A stretch of DNA of 64,000 nucleotides from an uncultured Planctomycetota bacterium (GTDB lineage Bacteria; Planctomycetota; Planctomycetia; Isosphaerales; Isosphaeraceae): the NCBI GenBank assembly GCA_963823665.1, contig CAWGMQ010000003.1, positions 1,280,001 through 1,344,000 of the forward strand, written 5' to 3'. The stretch's first letter is position 1. Every line of letters begins with the position of its first letter. Shown piece by piece: positions 55,774 through 64,000 of the stretch. Made by a program: the position numbers and the translations under genes. The notes under the pieces were generated by a model. It did not search any database. It was not told where the DNA came from and worked only from the letters and a program-made list of their open reading frames with translations.

Positions 55774-55855
55774 GCCGCAACCTGCAAAGACCCCGCGGTG
55801 AGTCGCATGCTCATCGCGGGATAAACCCATCTTCGACCACACGGAGCCTTTCGCC

Positions 55856-56341
55856 ATGGGACCGAAGGACGTGATCCTCAAGAATCTCGAGATGAGCGAC
55901 GTGATCATGAAGAAATACCTGGATGACCTTGCCGACGCCGATCTGCGTCTGGAGGGCGTGCCAGGCATGAATTCGATTGCGCTGCAGCTTGGCCATCTGA
56001 TCTCCGGCGAGCGGGCGTTCATCGAATACGTGAGCCCTGGTCTATCGCCCGAGCTGCCCGCGGGCTTTGACGAGAGCCACAGTTTGAAGCCGGACGTACA
56101 AGACCGGAAGCTCGCGACCAAGGACGAATACTTCAAGCTGTGGGCTGCGCAGCGCGCGGCGACCAAGAAGGCGATTGCGGGCGTGAGCGATGCCGAGCTG
56201 GAGGATACGCGCGGCGGCACATTGCCGGAATGGGCGCCGACGGTCGGCGACATGCTGAACATCGCTGCACTTCACCCGATCATGCATTCGGGGCAGTTCG
56301 TCGCGGTGCGCCGGCGGCTGAAGAAGGCGATTGCGTTTTGA
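55856..56341 (+). CDS. DinB-family protein, copy 2
   Basis: LQLGHLISGE and HPIMHSGQ; paralogue of the preceding gene. Confidence 0.85.
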   Translation: MGPKDVILKNLEMSDVIMKKYLDDLADADLRLEGVPGMNSIALQLGHLISGERAFIEYVSPGLSPELPAGFDESHSLKPDVQDRKLATKDEYFKLWAAQRAATKKAIAGVSDAELEDTRGGTLPEWAPTVGDMLNIAALHPIMHSGQFVAVRRRLKKAIAF

Positions 56342-56488
56342 GGACGGAGACCGACCAGCACGGATTGTGCGGCACGAGCCGTTCATCGCCTGGTTACGCG
56401 GCGTGTGGTCATGGCGAATTTGGGGTGGAATTCAACAGGACTGCTTTCGCCCGAAGAGGTTGCTGGGTTCAAAGTACGAGGGTCTCGC

Positions 56489-57112
56489 ATGGCCACCGCT
56501 GCTCCGAAAACTCGTAGACTCCGGCTCGGTCCTCGATCGGCCGGGCTCTTGCTCACGGTGACGGAATTCGATCACGCCCAAATTCAAAAGGGCTGGCGGT
56601 ACGAGCTAATCAACGGGGTTCTCGTCGTGTCTCCTACGCCATCACGCCAGGAACGAGGGCCAAACGAAACACTCGGGCATTGGCTTCAAACTTATCAAGA
56701 GGCCCATCCCCAAGGGTCTGCGATGGATGCGACTTTTCCCGAAGAAGAGATCGAGACAAGGCAAAACCGGCGGCGCGTAGATCGGGCGATCTGGGCGGGT
56801 CTTGGACGCGATCCGGAGGAAGGCGAGGCTCCGACGATCACGGTCGAATTCGTTTCGAAGGGAAAGATCAACCAGGAACGCGACTACGTCGCCAAGCGTG
56901 ACGAATTCCGGGAGATCGGCGTGCGGGAATACTGGGTCATCGATCGATTTCGACGAAGCTTGACCGTGTACCGTTTCGGCGGCGAGAAGGACGAAGAGCT
57001 GCACATTCCGGAGGACAAGACGTACGAAACGCCCTTGCTGCCCGGGTTTGTTCTCGATCTCAAGCGATTGCTCGCCCTGGCCGACCGGTGGGCGAAGAAG
57101 CGACGGAAGTAG
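56489..57112 (+). CDS. Uma2/DUF820 family protein
   Basis: RYELINGVL, ITVEFVS, GVREYWVIDR, PLLPGF. Confidence 0.9.
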   Translation: MATAAPKTRRLRLGPRSAGLLLTVTEFDHAQIQKGWRYELINGVLVVSPTPSRQERGPNETLGHWLQTYQEAHPQGSAMDATFPEEEIETRQNRRRVDRAIWAGLGRDPEEGEAPTITVEFVSKGKINQERDYVAKRDEFREIGVREYWVIDRFRRSLTVYRFGGEKDEELHIPEDKTYETPLLPGFVLDLKRLLALADRWAKKRRK

Positions 57113-57161
57113 ACGCCGGCCCGATTCTAAGGCAGAAGTTACCGCGGGCCGTCGCTGGCGC

Positions 57162-57491
57162 TCACTCCTCTGAATCTCCGCTCGATCCCGGCTGCCGGCT
57201 TTCGGCCGCGAGCAATCGCTCCAGTAACGCCGGATTGACCACTCCCCGGAACCGCACCTTGCCGTTTACGGTCACAACCGGAACCTCAGTGTTGAACTTT
57301 GCCACCAGGTCCGGATCGTGATCGATATCGACTTCGTCGATGGTGAATCCGAACCGGCGCTGGGCTTCCTTGAGCACGTTCATGGCCTTGTCGCAACAGC
57401 CGCAGCCAGCACGCGAATAGACTATGAACGCGAGATGTGCTGTTTTTTGCTTTTCAGACCGCCGCAATAATCGGTTGAGGAGCGTAGTCAT
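57162..57491 (-). CDS. Glutaredoxin-like protein (DUF836 type)
   Basis: YSRAGCGCC, EVDID, EVPVV. Confidence 0.85.
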   Translation of the reverse strand: MTTLLNRLLRRSEKQKTAHLAFIVYSRAGCGCCDKAMNVLKEAQRRFGFTIDEVDIDHDPDLVAKFNTEVPVVTVNGKVRFRGVVNPALLERLLAAESRQPGSSGDSEE

Positions 57492-57509
57492 CGCCTTCTC
57501 CGGATCGGT

Positions 57510-57731
57510 TCAGCGCTTGGGGAGGCTGAAGTCGTGGTCGTAGAATTCGAGCCGGCCGCAACTCTCGCAGCGATAGAGGTCGAGCGGCTTGACCGTCTCG
57601 CCAAGATCAGCCAGCTCACCCAGGAAAAAATGCCAGCCGGGGTTCGCTCCGCCGACGCGGATCGGGAGCTGGCCCAAGCTGCGGAGGGATGTCTTGCAGT
57701 GGGGGCAGGTCGGTGAGCTTGAGTCTTTCAT
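57510..57731 (-). CDS. Small zinc-ribbon protein
   Basis: CPHC ... CESCGRLEFY. Confidence 0.75.
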   Translation of the reverse strand: MKDSSSPTCPHCKTSLRSLGQLPIRVGGANPGWHFFLGELADLGETVKPLDLYRCESCGRLEFYDHDFSLPKR

Positions 57732-57797
57732 CGAATTGAGAGCTCCCAGCCGCGCCTTACCGCTCTCTGAACGTGATGGGGGCGCCAGACCGCTGGA

Positions 57798-58067
57798 TCA
57801 CACTTCGCTGGCCGGCTCCCATTCGGACGGGGCCATAGTATGAACGAATTCAACTCGGGACTGTTCATAATCGTCGAGTTCCTCGAGTAACTTCATCCAG
57901 ACCAATTGCTGCCGATCCGCCTCATCCATTGATTCAAATTCCTCGGAGGTCACTACGGCTACAACCCTGGATCCTGTGTCCGGCTCGATCTCGACTTCGA
58001 GCCCACGCAAGTTAAGGCCCTCAAGGACCTTCTTAATTTTGTCGGCGATTTTGCCATGGTCGGCCAT
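57798..58067 (-). CDS. BolA-like small acidic protein
   Basis: VVTSEEFESMDEADRQQLVW...TMAPSEW parallels the BolA pattern VVSxxFxGxxxxxR[HQ]xxVY...TPxE. Confidence 0.6.
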   Translation of the reverse strand: MADHGKIADKIKKVLEGLNLRGLEVEIEPDTGSRVVAVVTSEEFESMDEADRQQLVWMKLLEELDDYEQSRVEFVHTMAPSEWEPASEV

Positions 58068-58082
58068 TTGATGCCTCTAGCG

Positions 58083-58685
58083 TCAGAACTTGGAAAGTAT
58101 GTCACGTCCGAACAATTCAACGGCCTGGATCCATCTGGAAAGCGATTGACTCGAGATCGATTTTACGACATGGTGCCCGGAGCCGCGCTCGGGATTTCGG
58201 TCCACTCGATGAGCAACCCAGTGCCTTCGTGATATCAAGGCCGCGAGATTGCTCGCCTGCTTTTTATCTATTGTGGCGGCAAGGCCAATTTTTTCCAAGA
58301 TTTGCTTGATGTCACCCACGTGATTGTAATTCGATCTCTCGAGGTACTCGCTCACTGAGTTCGAGACGAGTTCATCAACTGTCTGGCCGCGGAAACGAGC
58401 CAACTCGTGCAATCCAATCTTTGTCCTCCCCTCGGCGCCCGCAATTGGAAATTCGCTAAAAACGCCGGGCTCGGCTGTGGGGAGCTTCCATTCGGCGAGG
58501 CAGCGCAACAAATCTTCCAGAGTCGCGTGGAGAAGCACCACCGCCGCTCGAAGGAGATCGGTGCTCTGCACGCTGCGCCGCCCCTGCCCTGTTCCCGCAT
58601 GAGACGTATATAGGTTGCCGAGATTCTTCACCCGATCGAGATTCTCCTCAAAGCGCGCTTGAATCTCACCCAGTCTCGTCGCCAT
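58083..58685 (-). CDS. HEPN-domain protein (RiboL-PSP-like), predicted RNase
   Basis: DLLRAAVVLLHATLEDLLR and RRHWVAH (Rx4H). Confidence 0.8.
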   Translation of the reverse strand: MATRLGEIQARFEENLDRVKNLGNLYTSHAGTGQGRRSVQSTDLLRAAVVLLHATLEDLLRCLAEWKLPTAEPGVFSEFPIAGAEGRTKIGLHELARFRGQTVDELVSNSVSEYLERSNYNHVGDIKQILEKIGLAATIDKKQASNLAALISRRHWVAHRVDRNPERGSGHHVVKSISSQSLSRWIQAVELFGRDILSKF

Positions 58686-60794
<2,109 letters not shown>

Positions 60795-60828
60795 GAGACG
60801 CTCCGGTCAGCGACATAATCGTGGGGAT

Positions 60829-61179
60829 TCATTTCAGGGGTAAGTATGTCACGCGATTCGAAAGCTCCTGCGGATCGCAACACATAGCGATAAGCTCGAT
60901 GTCATCGACAAGTCGTCCCAGGCTGGCTCCTTGTTGGTGGGCGAACAGGATCCCGACGAAATGGTTTTCTGATTGCTGCCACCGAGAAGCGATCTTCAGG
61001 AAATCCTCGTCTTGTGTGAAGAACAAGCGACCGAGCTCCGTGGCTCGAGCGAGAAGGGGCTCGTCATCCAGTTCCGTCGTCCCATCGTCCTGGCTCCTGA
61101 GCACGTCGATCTTTCGAAGCCGCAAGCCTTCAGTGATTGCGAACGGAATATGGACGTCCATGTAGACCGAAAGCGGCAT
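60829..61179 (-). CDS. DUF5615 PIN-like toxin
   Basis: YMDVHIP, DDEPLLARA, FFTQDEDF, HFVGI. Confidence 0.85.
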   Translation of the reverse strand: MPLSVYMDVHIPFAITEGLRLRKIDVLRSQDDGTTELDDEPLLARATELGRLFFTQDEDFLKIASRWQQSENHFVGILFAHQQGASLGRLVDDIELIAMCCDPQELSNRVTYLPLK

Positions 61180-61181
61180 CG

Positions 61182-61496
61182 TCAGGGATTTCCCGCGGCG
61201 CGCCGCTTCAACAGGTCGGCTCGTGAAAGCGGTTGCTTGATTCTTTCGGCTTCGACGGCATCCGCGGAAACACGCATCTGCTCGACGAGCTGATCGTGGT
61301 GGTCGTAGAAGTAGGTCAGCGCCGCATAGACCTGCTCCGGTCTGAGATCGGGATGCTGGTGCAACAGCTCTTCAGCCGACCAGCCGAAGTGGTAATGTTC
61401 GCCAGCCAGATGAATCACCTTGTACCTGGTGCGTTCAATCCGAGCAGTACCGTCGGTGTCGATCGCCAAGTGCGGATAACGGAGCTCAGTAGTCAT
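61182..61496 (-). CDS. DUF433 antitoxin-like protein
   Basis: ARIERTRYKV, GWSAEELL..HPDL..EQVYAALTYF. Confidence 0.88.
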   Translation of the reverse strand: MTTELRYPHLAIDTDGTARIERTRYKVIHLAGEHYHFGWSAEELLHQHPDLRPEQVYAALTYFYDHHDQLVEQMRVSADAVEAERIKQPLSRADLLKRRAAGNP

Positions 61497-61712
61497 CAGA
61501 TCAGATTCAGCCCCGAAGGGAGGCTCCTCCAACGGAGTTGACCAAGACGCGTCGACCCTTGCCAGACTCGAACCGGGGTTCGCGGCGAACGGGGCCTACT
61601 TGCTCTCAAGGAACGGCTCCCGGCTTGGCCCACCGTCGCGGGAACGCTGCTTGTCTGGAGGGCACGCTACCGGCACAATGATAGCAGCTATCAACTACAT
61701 GGGAAAGATTCG

Positions 61713-62372
61713 ATGACCCTCGCCACCCTTCCGGCCGCGACCATCGAGACGGTCGCCGACTTGCTTGAGTCGCTCGGCGACATACCGCCTGAGCGCATCC
61801 GCATGCGCCGACTTCCTGGGACTGCAACCGAGGAAGACGTCCTCGCGATTCATGCCAGCGAAAGGCGTCTTTGCGAGCTGGTTGACGGTGTTCTGGTGGA
61901 GAAACTCACGGGCTACGACGAGTCGCGGCTGGGTGCGGAGTTCATCTACGCGCTGATCGAATTCCTGCGTCGCCACAACCTCGGGACCGCAGCCGGCGCA
62001 GACGGAATGTTGCGTCTGCTCACCGGGCTCGTCCGCATCCCCGACGTCTCGTTCGTTCGTTGGGAACACTTGCCCCAATCATACGGGGCGATTCCACCAG
62101 TTGCGCCCGATCTGGCCGTCGAGATTCTCAGCGAGTCGAACACGCCGAAGGAAATGGATCGTAAGCTCCGCGAGTACTTCGATGCCGGTACGCAACTTGT
62201 TTGGTACGTCGATCCCAAGGCGCGGACGGTGACCGTCTACACGGCTCCCGATCAATTCGTTGTTCTGGATGAATCGCAGACGCTCGACGGCGGCAATGTT
62301 CTGCCTGGGCTGGAGATTCCACTTCGGGAGCTCTTTGAACGAGCGAGCCGGCGCGGCGGCCCGAACGGATGA
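61713..62372 (+). CDS. Uma2/DUF820 family protein
   Basis: CELVDGVLVEK, RIPDVSF, APDLAVEILSESN, LVWYVDP. Confidence 0.92.
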   Translation: MTLATLPAATIETVADLLESLGDIPPERIRMRRLPGTATEEDVLAIHASERRLCELVDGVLVEKLTGYDESRLGAEFIYALIEFLRRHNLGTAAGADGMLRLLTGLVRIPDVSFVRWEHLPQSYGAIPPVAPDLAVEILSESNTPKEMDRKLREYFDAGTQLVWYVDPKARTVTVYTAPDQFVVLDESQTLDGGNVLPGLEIPLRELFERASRRGGPNG

Positions 62373-62448
62373 TTGGAGTTCAGCTTGTCCGTTGTTTCCG
62401 TGGACCGCCTTCGTCTACTATAGCAGGGAACGAACTGGGGAATAACCG

Positions 62449-62658
62449 ATGCCAAGAGCCACGCTCGAAAAGCGAATGACGGCGCTCGAGGATGCTGTGC
62501 TCGAGCTGCAAAAGGCGATGAAAGCGCGTAACCCGGCCCCCGATTGGCTGGACCGCGTGATCGGGTCAATGAAGGACGAGCCCGCCTTTGACGAAGTTCT
62601 GGCTCTCGGCCGAGCAATCCGCCAAGCGGACAGACCGACCGATGATCAAACGCCATGA
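62449..62658 (+). CDS. Putative VapB-like antitoxin
   Basis: 69 aa (TLEKRMTALE..W..VIGSMKDEPAFDE); ATGA overlap with a PIN remnant. Confidence 0.7.
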   Translation: MPRATLEKRMTALEDAVLELQKAMKARNPAPDWLDRVIGSMKDEPAFDEVLALGRAIRQADRPTDDQTP

Positions 62659-62770
62659 AGTTCCTGCTGGATACCGTTCTGCGTTGAGTCATGGGTTGAC
62701 GCTATTGACGCGGAACACGCGCAATTTCGGCAGGGTTCCGGGGCTGACTATCGAAGATTGGACCATCTGA
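62655..62770 (+). pseudogene. VapC/PIN toxin with large internal deletion
   Basis: MKFLLDT is joined out of frame to SALSHGLTLLTRNTRNFGRVPGLTIEDWTI*. Confidence 0.85.
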
Positions 62771-62942
62771 TCAATCGGACACCGATATCGTGGCGGTGCA
62801 AAAACTGGCCCCTCGTCAATTTTCTTCGTGCGTTTTGGAAAATCCATGCGTCTTCTCTAGTATCGCATGATATAAGCGTCGTGATGTACTCTCCGTCAGG
62901 CTCGGTCGCGGCGGGGTTGGCTGGTCCGAGGAGGGGCCGCGC

Positions 62943-63155
62943 ATGGTCAACGGGGACGCGATCATCGGCCGGTTGATTGATGAGGCGCGGCGGCATTCGC
63001 CGGGCATTCTGGACCGGTTGTTGGAATCGTATCGCAACTACTTGAGGCTTCTGGCCCGCACCGGCATCGACGCATCGCTGCGAGGCAAGGGCGATCCCTC
63101 TGACATCGTCGAGGAAACGCTGCTGAAAGCCCACCAGCACTTCAGTTCCCCGTAG
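62943..63155 (+). pseudogene. Truncated ECF sigma factor (region 2 only)
   Basis: [33 protein letters not shown], then a stop; similar to the next gene. Confidence 0.75.
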
Positions 63156-63256
63156 TCGTTTTTGGGAATCAGAGCGCACGATCGGCCGAATGAGCGATAT
63201 AATCGGCGTCGCAATCGATCGTGCGTTCTTGGCTGGGACGACGGAGAGTTGCCGAG

Positions 63257-63817
63257 ATGTCCCTCGACTTTGGAGGTGCGCCGCGCTCATTGGAACAATA
63301 CGCGGATTATCTGCGCATGCTGGCCCGGCTACAAATCGATCCCAGGCTGCGCAGCCGGCTCGACCCGTCGGACATGGTCCAGCAGACGTTGCTGGTCGCA
63401 TACGAGAAGTTGAGCCAGTTTCGCGGCCAAAGCCATGCCGAGCTGGAGGCCTGGCTCCGCACGATACTCGCTCGCACCTTGGCGCAGGCAACGCGCCGAT
63501 TTGTTCGCCACAGGGCGGAACGCGCAGGATCCATCGAAAAGGCCATCGAGCAATCCTCGGCGCGGCTGGAAACCTGGCTCGCCCGGGACGACTCGACTCC
63601 TGGCGAGAAAGCGATGAGGGGCGAGCAATTGGTGCTTCTGGCCCATGCCTTGGCCCAGTTGCCCGAGGAACAGCGCAGTGCGATCGAGCTGCATCATTTT
63701 CAAGGGCTTTCGGTGCCCGAGGCCGCCCGTCGGATGAACAAGACCGTCGCGTCGGTAACCGGCTTGCTCTATCGTGGCGGCAAGGCAATTCGGCATCGAA
63801 TCGGCGAACCGAAGTGA
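63257..63817 (+). CDS. Planctomycete-type ECF sigma-70 factor
   Basis: YLRMLARLQIDPRLRSRLDPSDMVQQT, FRG..ELEAWLRTIL, LAQLPEEQR, LLYRG. Confidence 0.92.
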   Translation: MSLDFGGAPRSLEQYADYLRMLARLQIDPRLRSRLDPSDMVQQTLLVAYEKLSQFRGQSHAELEAWLRTILARTLAQATRRFVRHRAERAGSIEKAIEQSSARLETWLARDDSTPGEKAMRGEQLVLLAHALAQLPEEQRSAIELHHFQGLSVPEAARRMNKTVASVTGLLYRGGKAIRHRIGEPK

Positions 63818-63827
63818 GTTGTCGCGC

Positions 63828-64000
63828 ATGACGGTCGATCCCGACGGACTGATTACGCGCGAAGACCAACTCCATGAGTTGCTTGCTGCCTACTACGAAG
63901 TCGCTGAACGCGGGGAACGCGTGGATCGCCGGGATTTGCTCGATCGCCATCCTGACTTCGCCGCGGAACTGGCGGATTTCTTTTCCGTCCAGGACCAGCT
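63828..64000 (+). CDS. Probable N-terminus of an ECF-associated Ser/Thr kinase (runs off the right edge)
   Basis: MTVDPDG...LLAAYYEVAERGERVDRRDLLDRHPDFAAELADFF; the kinase domain itself is not visible. Confidence 0.6.
   Translation, partial: MTVDPDGLITREDQLHELLAAYYEVAERGERVDRRDLLDRHPDFAAELADFFSVQDQ

Overview
High-GC genomic DNA, almost certainly from a planctomycete. It carries DUF1592/DUF1552, DUF1549/DUF1553/DUF1501, DUF1559, ECF sigma factors with long C-terminal extensions, an ECF + Ser/Thr kinase pair and Uma2 genes. At least a dozen otherwise intact genes, including lpxB, contain small frameshifts, which I read as assembly indel errors. Left to right: a >800-aa multi-domain alpha/beta-hydrolase missed by the ORF track; coaD + HD hydrolase; higBA; a RedB-like/hybrid kinase/diguanylate cyclase operon upstream of a GT2 gene with a consensus sigma54 promoter; a DUF1592-DUF1552 pair split by a three-gene cassette headed by an ADP-ribosyltransferase-like protein; two reciprocally decayed copies of an ECF unit bracketing about 16.6 kb that holds an Rrf2(CymR-like)/YezD/DUF1559/sulfatase cluster with two matching operator-like sites and a CzcCBA-type pump; lpxB; degenerate regulators; and a toxin-antitoxin-rich right end (HEPN + BolA-like, DUF433/DUF5615, deleted VapC). 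The best candidates for an undescribed system are the ART-like cassette at 16395-17646 and the HEPN/BolA-like pair at 57798-58685. No rRNA, tRNA, CRISPR array, transposase or integrase was recognised. All family calls come from motif recognition by eye, not database searches.
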